64,000 bases of DNA from an uncultured Planctomycetota bacterium (GTDB taxonomy: Bacteria; Planctomycetota; Planctomycetia; Isosphaerales; Isosphaeraceae): the NCBI GenBank assembly GCA_963823665.1, contig CAWGMQ010000003.1, positions 1,792,001-1,856,000 of the forward strand, given 5' to 3'. Shown here piece after piece: positions 1 to 9,180 of this stretch (position 1 is the stretch's first letter; every line of letters begins with the position of its first letter). The notes beneath the pieces are model-generated. The model saw only the letters and a program-made list of their open reading frames with translations. It did not search any database and had not been told where the DNA came from. A program made the position numbers and the translations under genes.

Positions 1-244
1 CTCGTCTCTCCTACGCCTTCGACCGGCTCGAAGGCTTCACCCGCCGGCGGCCTCGCGCCACCGTGATCACGCCGGTGCAAAGGCAGCATAGTATCTCCAA
101 AGCGCGCCGGATCGCCAAGTCCACTGATTCGCCACCGGATCCCTGGCTCAAGGTGACGAGTTTTCAGCCGCGCGTTAGAATGGGTTGTCGAGTGCTCGGG
201 TCCGATCGAAAGTCGAACGAGATCCTGGCTTGGAGGCTATGCAC

Positions 245-522
245 ATGAGCACCGTCTCGACGTCCCGGCCCGCGAAACGGCCACCCGATGAGCCGGATCC
301 GTTCCGGTACGGGTGGCGGTACGTCACCGTCCGCGGCAGCGATGGAAAGGCTACGATTGACCAGATTTCGCTGACTCTGGAGGACGTGCTGTTCCCCGAG
401 ACGGGAGATTTCATTGTGCAGACGCAGAGGCCCGGCAGATAGCCGAGACTGAAACCAAGCAAGCCGAAGCACGCGTGCGCAAGTTGGAAGAGGCACTCCG
501 ACGGCTCGGCCAGGGTTCTTGA
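245..522 (+). pseudogene. Internally deleted Uma2-family gene remnant (paralog of 5591..6427)
   Basis: 245..~420 encodes MSTVSTSRPAKRPPDEPDPFRYGWRYV...LEDVLFPE. 427..522, in another frame, encodes EARQIAETETKQAEARVRKLEEALRRLGQGS*. These match the N- and C-termini of 5591..6427; the nuclease core is absent. Confidence 0.88.
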
Positions 523-566
523 GGGGTCGCGACGGCATCGAACCGCCTACCCGCTGCTGCGCCCAC

Positions 567-595
567 TTGAATTCACCCGCCTGGGCGTCTATATT
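567..595 (+). promoter_or_regulatory. Sigma70-type promoter for arsR-arsM-acr3
   Basis: TTGAAT (567-572), a 17-nt spacer, then TATATT (590-595), just before the ATG at 601; possibly a leaderless transcript. Confidence 0.65.
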
Positions 596-608
596 CGGCT
601 ATGCGGAT
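593..608. promoter_or_regulatory. Putative ArsR operator, site 1
   Basis: ATTCGG-ctat-GCGGAT imperfect palindrome overlapping the -10 box and arsR start; the motif recurs at 988-1003 and 5421-5436. Confidence 0.7.
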
Positions 609-963
609 GAGCAATCAGACTGCTGAACCCCTGGATCTTTCAATTGAGCTCTTCAAGGCGTTTGCCGACCCGGTGCGGTTGCGGCTTCTGAACCTGCTGG
701 CGGACGACGAAGTGTGCGTCTGCCATCTGCACGCAGCTCTGGACCTGCCGCAATCCACCGTTTCCCGGCATCTGGCGTACCTCAGGAAAAGGGGGCTGGT
801 CCTCGGTCGTAAGGATGGGCTGTGGGTGCATTATCGCCTGGCGAAACCAGCGGGTGAGTTGCACCGGCATTTGATGGAGTGCCTGAGCGTATGCTCGAAG
901 GAGCTCGAACTCTTGAAGTTCGACCGGCAAAGGCTGGATCACGGCTCTTGTTGTGGCGACTGA
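601..963 (+). CDS. arsR: ArsR/SmtB-family arsenite-responsive repressor
   Basis: FKAFADPVRLRLL...EVCVCHL...QSTVSRHLAYLRKRGLV winged HTH with CVC site and C-terminal CC; lies upstream of arsM/acr3. Start may be 607. Confidence 0.92.
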   Translation: MRMSNQTAEPLDLSIELFKAFADPVRLRLLNLLADDEVCVCHLHAALDLPQSTVSRHLAYLRKRGLVLGRKDGLWVHYRLAKPAGELHRHLMECLSVCSKELELLKFDRQRLDHGSCCGD

Positions 964-987
964 CGCGAAGTTTTTTTGGCCAATTAT

Positions 988-1003
988 ATCCGTATTGACG
1001 GAT
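988..1003. promoter_or_regulatory. Putative ArsR operator, site 2
   Basis: Perfect palindrome ATCCGT-attg-ACGGAT between the arsR stop and arsM start. Confidence 0.7.
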
Positions 1004-1024
1004 GCATCAGAGAGGAAATACGCG

Positions 1025-1798
1025 ATGGAGGGTACTCAGATCAAGGCGGCGGTCAAGGAGCAGTATGGGAAGGTCGCCAAAGGCGAAGCGACGTGCGGCT
1101 CACTCTGCGGCTGCACCGAAAACGCGGAAGGGTTGGCGATTACATTCGGCTATTCCGCGGCCGAGCTGGCGACGCTACCCGAGGGCGCGAATCTTGGCCT
1201 TTCCTGCGGCAATCCGCAGTCAGTGGCAGCGATGCAGCCCGGGGAAACTGTGCTCGACCTCGGCAGCGGGGCTGGGTTCGATTGTTTCCTGGCTGCCCGA
1301 CAGGTTGGACAGTCGGGCCGGGTGATCGGCGTGGACATGACCGACGCCATGCTGGAAAAAGCCCGTGCCAATGCCGAGAAATCCGGCCTGGCCAATGTCG
1401 AATTCCGCAAGGGCGACATCGAGGCCCTGCCGGTCGATGACCATTCCGTCGATGTGACGATCAGCAACTGCGTGCTGAATCTCGTGCCGGACAAGGATCG
1501 GGCATTCCGCGAGATTCACCGGGTTCTGAAGCCCGGCGGGCGGCTGGCGGTTTCGGACATGGCGTGGGAGGCCGAGCCTCCGGCGGCCTTGCGACGGGAC
1601 ATGGAGGCAATGGTCGGCTGCATCGGCGGAGCACTGGTCGTGGATGATTACGTGGCCCGGCTCAAGCGGGCGGGTTTTAGCCGCGTCGAGGTTGAGAGGC
1701 ACACGGAAGCGGTTCGCAAGATGGTCGAAGTTTCAGGAGTGGCGCCGCCGCCTGGCATCGAGAATCTGCTGAGCGTCAACATCACGGCCACCAAATGA
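1025..1798 (+). CDS. arsM: Arsenite S-adenosylmethionine methyltransferase
   Basis: GLSCGNP, VLDLGSGAGFDCF SAM motif, ISNCVLNL and VGCIGGA conserved cysteines; GAGAGGA RBS before ATG 1025. Confidence 0.93.
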   Translation: MEGTQIKAAVKEQYGKVAKGEATCGSLCGCTENAEGLAITFGYSAAELATLPEGANLGLSCGNPQSVAAMQPGETVLDLGSGAGFDCFLAARQVGQSGRVIGVDMTDAMLEKARANAEKSGLANVEFRKGDIEALPVDDHSVDVTISNCVLNLVPDKDRAFREIHRVLKPGGRLAVSDMAWEAEPPAALRRDMEAMVGCIGGALVVDDYVARLKRAGFSRVEVERHTEAVRKMVEVSGVAPPPGIENLLSVNITATK

Positions 1799-1917
1799 AA
1801 CAGCCAAGTACGCCGAACGGCGTGACGACATCGGGCGGCTCCTGCTGTCGGTGATGATGCAGGCCCGCCAACGTATCGCGGCCGTGAGTCCGCCGACGGA
1901 AAGGAAACGCTGACGGC

Positions 1918-3030
1918 ATGGACGGAGTTTCGCCTAAACGCCTCGCCTGCCTCGACCGCTATCTGACGGTATGGATCTTTCTCGCCATGCTGGCCGGGAT
2001 CGGGCTGGGTTATTTCTGCCCTTCCGTCGCGCGCGCCGTCACGGGGCTGTCGGTCGGCACCACGTCGATTCCAATTGCGGCCGGGCTGATCCTGATGATG
2101 TATCCGCCGCTGGCCAAAGTGAAGTATGAAGAGCTGGGCGGAGTGTTCCGCAACACGCGGATACTGGCGCTTTCGCTCGTCCAGAATTGGCTGATCGGGC
2201 CGTTGCTGATGTTCGGGCTGGCTCTGGCGTTCCTCGCCGACCGGCCCGAATACGCCATCGGCCTCATCATGATCGGCCTGGCGCGTTGCATTGCGATGGT
2301 GATCGTCTGGAACGAGCTGGCGAAAGGGGATACCGAGTACGCCGCCGGGCTGGTGGCGTTCAACTCGGTTTTTCAGGTGCTGTTTTACCCGGTTTATGCC
2401 TATGTCTTTATCAAGCTTCTCCCGCCGCTCTTCGGTGTTCAGTTCGGCAATGTCGACCTGTCGCGGATCACGGTGAGTGCGATCGGCGAAAGCGTGATGA
2501 TCTACCTGGGGATTCCTTTCCTTGCCGGGATGGTGACGCGGTTCACGCTGTTGCGGGCCAGAGGCCGGGACTGGTATGAAAAGCGGTTCATCCCCCGAAT
2601 CAGTCCGCTCACGCTGATCGCGTTGCTGTTCACGATCGTCGTGATGTTTTCGCTCAAGGGCGGCTTCATCCTGAGCAATCCGCTCGATGTCGTCCGGATC
2701 GCGGTGCCCTTGCTCTTGTACTTCGTAGCGATGTTCATCGTTTCGTTCTTCATGGGCTGGCGGCTGGGAGCCAATTACGCGAAAACGGCGACGCTCGCGT
2801 TCACAGCGGCGAGCAACAACTTCGAGCTGGCGATTGCCGTGGCGGTCGCTGTGTTCGGCATCGACTCGGGGGCGGCCTTCGCGGCTGTGATAGGCCCGCT
2901 GGTCGAAGTGCCGGTGATGATCGGGCTCGTGAGCGTCGCCCTGCTCGTCCAAAGACAATACTTCAAAGCTCCTGCGAACAACGTTGATGTTGTGCACACT
3001 GAAGAAAATGCGGAGCCGTCTCTGCGTTAA
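1918..3030 (+). CDS. acr3: ACR3-family arsenite efflux transporter
   Basis: [41 protein letters not shown] and GPLVEVPV signature motifs; multiple hydrophobic helices. Confidence 0.96.
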   Translation: MDGVSPKRLACLDRYLTVWIFLAMLAGIGLGYFCPSVARAVTGLSVGTTSIPIAAGLILMMYPPLAKVKYEELGGVFRNTRILALSLVQNWLIGPLLMFGLALAFLADRPEYAIGLIMIGLARCIAMVIVWNELAKGDTEYAAGLVAFNSVFQVLFYPVYAYVFIKLLPPLFGVQFGNVDLSRITVSAIGESVMIYLGIPFLAGMVTRFTLLRARGRDWYEKRFIPRISPLTLIALLFTIVVMFSLKGGFILSNPLDVVRIAVPLLLYFVAMFIVSFFMGWRLGANYAKTATLAFTAASNNFELAIAVAVAVFGIDSGAAFAAVIGPLVEVPVMIGLVSVALLVQRQYFKAPANNVDVVHTEENAEPSLR

Positions 3031-3047
3031 CTCGACGGAATGCACAC

Positions 3048-3386
3048 ATGGGGAACGTAAAACATTGGTTGATCGTAAACACAAGCGGTAACGTATATGA
3101 AGATTCGGCGAACTTGCGCCGGGCGGCGTTTACGCTGAGCGCGATGTCGAACCCCATCCGCCTTGGGATTCTCCTGCGGCTCTCGCGCGGCGAACGGCAG
3201 ATTATGGAGTTAGTTACCGACCTGGGCCTTCAATCGACGACGCTTTCAGGCCATCTTTCTCTGCTGCGAAAGGCTGGCCTCGTAACGAGCGGGCATGTCG
3301 GCAGGCGCGCCTGCTATGCTCTCACTGAAATGGGCCAGGAAACGGCCAGACGACTTGCTATGTCGACATCGATCCGAATGGGTTGA
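3048..3386 (+). CDS. ArsR-type winged-helix protein lacking the CVC motif
   Basis: SNPIRLGILLRL...TLSGHLSLLRKAGLV...YALTEMG. Confidence 0.75.
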   Translation: MGNVKHWLIVNTSGNVYEDSANLRRAAFTLSAMSNPIRLGILLRLSRGERQIMELVTDLGLQSTTLSGHLSLLRKAGLVTSGHVGRRACYALTEMGQETARRLAMSTSIRMG

Positions 3387-3967
3387 CCGGCGGGGTTGGG
3401 TCGACCCCGGCGACGCCGTACCGGAACAAGCTCTCGCGAGCCAACGGCTTGCTCAAGCAGGGCAAGACTCGGATCGCCGAGATCACCGACGGCACGAGCA
3501 ACACGATCATGATGGGAGAGGATGCCGGCCGCGATCCGCGTTATTTGAGCCCCTACCTGCAAGACGTTTTTGCCGGTGTCGGGTCCAACGGCATCTACTA
3601 CGCAACGACGACGGCATACCTGACCGCGGTCAGCCCCAACGATCCCGGCCCTGCCGGCGGTGCGGGCCTGTACCGTCGGTACTGGCGTTGGTCAGAGCCC
3701 GACGAGAACTATGGTGTTTCCGGCCAGCCAAACAACAAGTATCGTCCCGATCACGAACCGACGGCCTGGCTCACGGCAGGTCCGTTCATCGCCCAGGGCA
3801 ACAATGCCGGCAATAACGATGAGCTTGCGTCGTTCCGTCCCAGCGGCGTCAACATTTTGATGGGTGATGGCAGCGTCCGTTTCCTCAAAGACTCGGTCAA
3901 CGTCGTCACGCTTCGCGGTCTGGTTACGCTCAATGGTGGCGAGGTCATCTCCGCCGACCAGTATTGA
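3383..3967 (+). pseudogene. C-terminal part of a DUF1559 (planctomycete prepilin-like) protein, N-terminus missing
   Basis: RIAEITDGTSNTIMMGE and SFRPSGVNILMGDGSVRFLKDSV...NGGEVISADQY; no GFTLIELL prepilin N-terminus; the usual His of H-X9-DG reads Arg. Confidence 0.8.
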
Positions 3968-3998
3968 CTTGTCGTCAGCCTCCCGTTGCCCTCTCCGC

Positions 3999-4063
3999 TT
4001 AAACGGGTCCGGGGCGGGCTCCCACCCCATCCATCAACACGGGTGGGAGCCCGAGCCGTTTAA
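3999..4063. repeat. Nested inverted repeat (stem-loop)
   Basis: CGGGCTCCCACCC (4015-4027) pairs perfectly with GGGTGGGAGCCCG (4041-4053); outer TTAAACGG (3999-4006) pairs with CCGTTTAA (4056-4063). Confidence 0.8.
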
Positions 4064-4113
4064 CCACGCCTCTAGACTGCTGAGCCAAACGCAGGATCGA
4101 GAGGAGTTCACGA

Positions 4114-4303
4114 ATGCGCCGAATTCGAGCCTTGTTACTCTCAGTGGGCCTGCTTTCCGTCACCGCCGTCGGCCTTACGGGTTGCGACGGGGGGGACCGA
4201 GTCAGGGACGAAACAGATTAGCGAGAAGTTCGGCCCCGATCCCGAATCGAACCCGGACGCGCAGCCGAAGGGTGCCATGGAGGCGAAACCGGCAAGAAAA
4301 TGA
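4114..4303 (+). CDS. Small lipoprotein with a probable frameshift in a G7 run
   Basis: GAGGAG RBS; MRRIRALLLSVGLLSVTAVGLTGC signal with lipobox. Removing one G from the run at 4189-4195 extends it to ...MEAKPARK* at 4303. Not in the ORF track. Confidence 0.6.
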
Positions 4304-4318
4304 GATGATCGATTGATC

Positions 4319-4678
4319 TCAGCTACAGGATGCCAGGGCATCGAGCCGCTCGTGGTCTCGCTGGAGTTCCTCGACGTCCGAAAGGCACGACTCGATGCAG
4401 AAAATAAGATGCCTATGAAGATTTGATTTCGGCTTGGCTAACCGGTAGTAGGCCCACCGCCCCTCCTTTCTCGCAACGACCCATCCGCTGATTTTCAGAA
4501 ATGCGAGGTGGCGGGAGACCGTTGGTTGAGGCAGGTCCAGGGCCTCGTGCAGATGGCACACACAGACCTCTCGCCCATCCGCCAGGAGGGCCAACAGGCG
4601 TAGCCTCACCGGTTCGGCAAAAGCCTTAAACAGTCCCATTGCATCGGTCAGGGGCAGGAGTCTCGAGACCTTTGTCAT
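4319..4678 (-). CDS. arsR: Second ArsR/SmtB-family repressor (paralog of 601..963)
   Basis: FKAFAEPVRLRLL...EVCVCHLHEALDLPQPTVSRHLAFL, closely matching 601..963. Confidence 0.88.
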   Translation of the reverse strand: MTKVSRLLPLTDAMGLFKAFAEPVRLRLLALLADGREVCVCHLHEALDLPQPTVSRHLAFLKISGWVVARKEGRWAYYRLAKPKSNLHRHLIFCIESCLSDVEELQRDHERLDALASCS

Positions 4679-5111
4679 TGGGACGGCGCTTGAAGTCGAT
4701 CTCTTCTTGGCTGGATTGCTCTGGTTCCGGGTGCCTTACTTTATTCATTTCCGATGTCTCCGACAATGCCCCTCTCCAGTGGAATGGACCAAAGGTTTGA
4801 CTGATGAACCGAACCGTCTTGAAGCCGATGTCGGTCAAGTCGTAGCAGTTCTCAAACCGCTTGCCACCACTTCTCACCAGCCCCCCGCGCCGCAACGGGT
4901 CAAGCATCTTCGCCGCGTCGGGCGTGGTGCATCCGAGGTCTCTAGCAAGCTCGTCAACGGTTTGCTCGCCATCCGCGAGGCGAAGGATAATCTTTAGCCG
5001 GCCAGGGTTTGAGGCGAGTCTGAGCGCCATCGCTCCTTCCCGGACCCTGGCAAGAGACCGCGTATCAAGTCTTCGGGTCGGCTTCGCAACTCTGCGCCTG
5101 ATACGGGCCAT
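4626..5111 (-). CDS. ArsR-type winged-helix protein lacking CVC (paralog of 3048..3386)
   Basis: SNPGRLKIILRLADGEQTVDELARDLG...LRRGGLV...CYDLTDIG. Confidence 0.72.
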   Translation of the reverse strand: MARIRRRVAKPTRRLDTRSLARVREGAMALRLASNPGRLKIILRLADGEQTVDELARDLGCTTPDAAKMLDPLRRGGLVRSGGKRFENCYDLTDIGFKTVRFISQTFGPFHWRGALSETSEMNKVRHPEPEQSSQEEIDFKRRPNDKGLETPAPDRCNGTV

Positions 5112-5420
5112 CGGATTACCCTGCCTCGCGTGTCCTGAATCTCGATCGGGGGGCTACATCGCTATTGTTTCCTTGCCAGATCTTCATCAAAACATCACGA
5201 TATTTGCGGAGCTTAGGGGGCCATGCTCAACTAAGTCGGCACCTCTAGCTAGGCTCGGTGGAAGACAACACCCGCTCCTGATGTGACAAATGGAGCTCGC
5301 CGAAATTATGAGATAGCGCCCTACGTCTTCATCTCAGATAACCGACACGAATATGATTTTCACCCCATCGTCGCTTCGCTCACGTTCGACCGATCGCTGT
5401 CACCGACCCACCATTCTTTC

Positions 5421-5436
5421 ATCCGGATAGCCGAAT
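5421..5436. promoter_or_regulatory. Putative ArsR operator, site 3
   Basis: ATCCGG-atag-CCGAAT; 5419-5439 matches the reverse complement of 590-610 at 20 of 21 positions. Confidence 0.65.
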
Positions 5437-5590
5437 ATACGATCCCGAAGGGAGGTAAACAAGTCCGAACCGATTCCTCCCGACAGGACCGGCCAAAGGT
5501 GACGAATTTTCGCCGTGGCGTTAGACCGGCTCGTGGAGCGCTCGGATCCGATCGAAATTCGAGCGAGATCCCGATGTGGAGCGCATGCGC

Positions 5591-6427
5591 ATGAGCACCG
5601 TCTCGACGTCCCGGCCTTCGAAACGCCCGCCTGACGACTCTGATCCAGTTCGCTACGGCTGGAGGTACGTGACCGCGTGTGGGCCGGACGGAAAGCCCAC
5701 GATTGACCAGATTCCGCTGACTCTGGAGGATGTACTGTTTCCGGAGTTGGACGATTTCATCGTCAACAGGGTCCTGCACAATGATGACGCAATGTATCTG
5801 AAGTGCGTCTTCAAGACGAGGCTCGAACGCAATCCCGAATCGGCGGTATTAAGCCGCTGTCGGGTGGATTGGAACCTGCTGGGTGTCCGCCCCCTTGCTC
5901 CGGATATCGCGGTATTCTCCGGCGTGAAGCGACGCAAGAACTGGGCGACATTCGACGTCGCGGCTGAGCGGGCGCAGCCGGCTTTGGTTGTGGAGGTGGC
6001 GTCGGTGCACACGCACACGAACGACGTCGATATCAAACCCGATTACTATTATCGCGCAGGTGTGCCGCTCTACGTGATCGCGGACGTTCTCGAAGAGTCA
6101 GATGAGGCTCGACGGTTGGAGTTGATGGGCTATCGACTCACCTCAGAGGGTTATCAGCGGGTTGCGCCAGATACACACGGGCGGATCTGGCTCGGTCCTC
6201 TGGACCTCTGGCTCGGGATTGTTCAACATCCGAGTCTGGACGGCCGCGAGCGTCTGGCCTGTTTCGACGGAAAGACGGGGGACGAGATCGGCGGCTACGA
6301 CGCGGTTACGGCCAGAGCCCAAACCGAGGCCGCTGCACGCCAGAAAGCCGAGGCCGAGACTCTGCAAGCCGAATCACGCGCGCGTGAGTTGGAAGAGGCA
6401 CTCCGGCGGCTTGGCCAGGGCTCTTGA
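5591..6427 (+). CDS. Uma2-family (restriction-endonuclease-like) protein with coiled-coil tail
   Basis: PDIAVF...PALVVEVAS...DVDIKPDYYYRAGVPLYVIAD motif order; alanine/glutamate-rich C-terminal tail. Confidence 0.88.
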   Translation: MSTVSTSRPSKRPPDDSDPVRYGWRYVTACGPDGKPTIDQIPLTLEDVLFPELDDFIVNRVLHNDDAMYLKCVFKTRLERNPESAVLSRCRVDWNLLGVRPLAPDIAVFSGVKRRKNWATFDVAAERAQPALVVEVASVHTHTNDVDIKPDYYYRAGVPLYVIADVLEESDEARRLELMGYRLTSEGYQRVAPDTHGRIWLGPLDLWLGIVQHPSLDGRERLACFDGKTGDEIGGYDAVTARAQTEAAARQKAEAETLQAESRARELEEALRRLGQGS

Positions 6428-6455
6428 GGGGTCGCGATTCACGAAAGGTCAGTTC

Positions 6456-6794
6456 ATGGAAGACAATCCGTCACGTCTCTGCCGGCGAAGAACGTTTACG
6501 CTCGGCTCAATGATGATGGCAATCGCCGGGCTCGCTGGCACTTTCACCCTGGCGCGACCGCTGGCGAAGCCGGCGACGGTCCGCGCGGCGGAGACCGTAC
6601 TGATACGCTACGGCCCGCCGGGGCTCGATCCGCGTCATTACAGAGCCGAGAGCGTGCGCAAGACCCCATCGGGCCACTGGCAGGTCGAGTTCGCGCGCGT
6701 TTCCGGCTCTGGCGCGCCCAGACAAACCGCCGTCGTCTCCGACGACCTGGTGAGCGCATGTCGTTTCAATCCGTGGTATTCGGTGCCGAAGTAG
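6456..6794 (+). CDS. Small hypothetical protein with N-terminal hydrophobic helix
   Basis: MEDNPSR...RTFTLGSMMMAIAGLAG leader; GAAAGG upstream of the ATG. Confidence 0.6.
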   Translation: MEDNPSRLCRRRTFTLGSMMMAIAGLAGTFTLARPLAKPATVRAAETVLIRYGPPGLDPRHYRAESVRKTPSGHWQVEFARVSGSGAPRQTAVVSDDLVSACRFNPWYSVPK

Positions 6795-6856
6795 TCATCG
6801 ACCTGACCGCCGTTTCGGGCGCGGAGCGGCGCGACGAAACGGACAGGCGACCAACA

Positions 6857-8470
6857 CTACAAAGGCTTGAAAAGCTCGTCCGGCATTGGAACGCCGAATT
6901 CGAGGTGGTATTTCCAAACCTGCTCGGTGTCGAAGTTTGACGTCTTGCGCCGCACCTGGGTCGGGTACCAGAAGCCGCTCGGCGATTGCAGTAGATTTTC
7001 CATGAGCATGGTGTCGACATACGCGATTTTGGGCGGGTTTTGCGATTCGAACACGCTCGCCTCCGTGCGCAGAGACATGTATCCCTTCGCTGGGTCGATC
7101 CAGAGCTTCCAGAAGTCGGGGTGAGCTGGATCGGTGGATCGCGTGTCGTGCACGCGCAGGCGGATCGTGTTGGCCGGACCGTCGGCTGGCCTGGCATCCA
7201 GAATGAACTCACGTTCCGGAGTCGGCGGCCACACCGTCGGGTGACTCAAGTGCTCGACAAAGAGATGCGGCCAGGGCATGAACGGGTCGTCGGACGGGTT
7301 GATCGCGTGCGTCATCGATAGCGTGAGTTTTGGGGGGGGTTCGTTCGCATCGCGATTGAAGAGATTGCCTTCTGGCTTGTAATAATAGACTTTTTCACCG
7401 TCACATACGGCCTGGAGCGAAACGGGATAATCGGCCTGGTGGGCCTTCCACCAGGTGGCATCTGCATCCGCCGGGAATGCCGGCCACTCTTTTCCGGAAA
7501 TGAGCAACGTCTCCGCGCGCCACTTCCGGCCTTTGCGCCAAACGCGCTTGATGTTCGTGCCATCGCCCATGTCCATGATGGCGCGGTAGTCGTCGAATCG
7601 GACACGGCCGATTTTCAGGCCCGCGCCGATGCGCTCGAGATCGTCGGCCGGCACGCGATCGACAATTTTCGCGGCTCGCGGCGCTCCGAGCTCATAGAGA
7701 TCGGCTGGACCGCGCTCGGGGTAATCGAAGAGCGTCGTGCCCTGTGGCCCTTCCTTCGACTGGAACACCATCGAATGCGGGAGCTTCGTTTTGGGGTCAA
7801 CGCGGATCCGAATCCGTTGCTCGCGATCAGCGCCGACGACGCGAAGCGTCAGCTCCAGGTCAACCCACGCCCGACCGTTTTCCACGACATCTTGCCGGCT
7901 CTGAGCGACCACATCCGTTCCCGGGAACGGTGATTTCGTCGGAGCCTTGGAATCAAGGAGCTGACTGAAAAAATCCAGCATCTGCACCGTGTGGTCCGGG
8001 CTTTCAGGCAGGCGGTAAATGACTCCTTCGTCGCGCAGATACTTCATGACGATACGCAGGCCGCGGTCGTGGTACTCAATCTCAGTTCCATGGCGGCCCG
8101 CGGTCACACCAAGCTTAGGGCTGAACCAGACTTCGCTTGCTTCCTTGCCGTCCGGGCCAACCGTCCGCGTGTGCACCCAGGGCTTTCCCTGCAGCGCCTG
8201 GGCGACCTCGGGCCACGCGTTCGCAGGCCGTGAAATCATGAGGAGAAGCGCCGCCGCCACCAGAGCGGCCGCTACCCCGGATCCGAACACCAGCGGCCTC
8301 GTCCAAAGCGCGACGCGCCGGATGGGTGGCAAGCGACTGAGGAAGAGGGTGCGAAGCTCCGAGACGTGCTCGCCGCGAGGCTCCACAGCCGGATCGCCGG
8401 CCTCGGCGATCATGCGTCCCATCATTTGCTCACCAAGGTCGTCAGACCCTGCGGGCGTCGTTTGGCTCAT
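6857..8470 (-). CDS. Putative anti-sigma factor: single TM helix plus large extracytoplasmic domain
   Basis: Overlaps the ECF gene end; short cytoplasmic N-terminus, TM segment GVAAALVAAALLLMI, then AWPEVAQAL...WVH and a beta-rich LolA-like region. Confidence 0.65.
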   Translation of the reverse strand: MSQTTPAGSDDLGEQMMGRMIAEAGDPAVEPRGEHVSELRTLFLSRLPPIRRVALWTRPLVFGSGVAAALVAAALLLMISRPANAWPEVAQALQGKPWVHTRTVGPDGKEASEVWFSPKLGVTAGRHGTEIEYHDRGLRIVMKYLRDEGVIYRLPESPDHTVQMLDFFSQLLDSKAPTKSPFPGTDVVAQSRQDVVENGRAWVDLELTLRVVGADREQRIRIRVDPKTKLPHSMVFQSKEGPQGTTLFDYPERGPADLYELGAPRAAKIVDRVPADDLERIGAGLKIGRVRFDDYRAIMDMGDGTNIKRVWRKGRKWRAETLLISGKEWPAFPADADATWWKAHQADYPVSLQAVCDGEKVYYYKPEGNLFNRDANEPPPKLTLSMTHAINPSDDPFMPWPHLFVEHLSHPTVWPPTPEREFILDARPADGPANTIRLRVHDTRSTDPAHPDFWKLWIDPAKGYMSLRTEASVFESQNPPKIAYVDTMLMENLLQSPSGFWYPTQVRRKTSNFDTEQVWKYHLEFGVPMPDELFKPL

Positions 8471-9029
8471 GGCGCTCACCTCCGACCTCAGTCGAAAAAT
8501 AGGGTTCGAGGAGATTCCGAAGCTCGGACCGCGCACGTGATAACAGCGACTCCACGGCTTTCGCGGATCGTCCTATCTGACTGGCGATCTCGGCGACACT
8601 GTTCCCGGCAACGTATTTGTCCAGGAGCACCCGGCGGTGGTCTTCCGGCAGCCGTAGAAGGGCCACCCGCACCAGGTCGGCGCGTTCGACTTCTTCCAGG
8701 AGGTCGGGCGGCAACAATGAGCCTGCGGGTGCGTCGAGATACTCATCGGCTCCGCCCGTGGCCGTGCGGCGGTGACGCCTCAATGCCCGGTGACGGCCGA
8801 TGCCCAGAATCCAGTCGCGGAACTTGCCGCGTGCAGGGTCAAACCGGTCGAACTGCTCGATCGCCAGCAGCCAGACCTCCTGGTTCACGTCCTCGGCCAG
8901 ACCGCGATCTCCGCCGAGCAGGTGATAAACCACGGCGAAGACGTCCCGGACGTGGCGATCGTACATTCGCGCCCACGCCGATCGGTCGCCCTTCGCCATC
9001 GCACGGATCAGGCGGAATTCGTCGTCCAT
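8442..9029 (-). CDS. ECF sigma factor
   Basis: Region 2 LAEDVNQEVWL...FRDWILGIGRH; region 4 SVAEIASQIGRSAKAVESLLSRAR. Confidence 0.92.
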   Translation of the reverse strand: MDDEFRLIRAMAKGDRSAWARMYDRHVRDVFAVVYHLLGGDRGLAEDVNQEVWLLAIEQFDRFDPARGKFRDWILGIGRHRALRRHRRTATGGADEYLDAPAGSLLPPDLLEEVERADLVRVALLRLPEDHRRVLLDKYVAGNSVAEIASQIGRSAKAVESLLSRARSELRNLLEPYFSTEVGGERHEPNDARRV

Positions 9030-9180
9030 CGTCTGACGGCCTCGTTATTGTGTTCGCCTTCACATACAGTATTGCCATACGAAGGCGAAATCCTTCGCGG
9101 AGTCCTGCTCGAAACCACATGGAACCTTTCGACGTCCTTGTATCGATTACTTTCTCCAGCTCCTCCCGTGAGTTCGTCCT

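Noticed and set aside
519..548. TGAGGGG after the Uma2 stops (also at 6425) resembling ECF motif A
   Set aside because: No CGCATT at the 16-nt spacing; explained by the stop codon context shared by the two Uma2 copies.
1648..3084. 478-aa minus-strand ORF, and similar long antisense ORFs such as 29360..31042, 32593..34074 and 55213..56517
   Set aside because: High-GC shadow frames opposite well-supported genes, with no recognisable motifs.
5112..5418. AT-richer intergenic stretch as a possible ncRNA or att site
   Set aside because: No recognisable RNA motif, tRNA end or integrase; the short ORFs here are unsupported.
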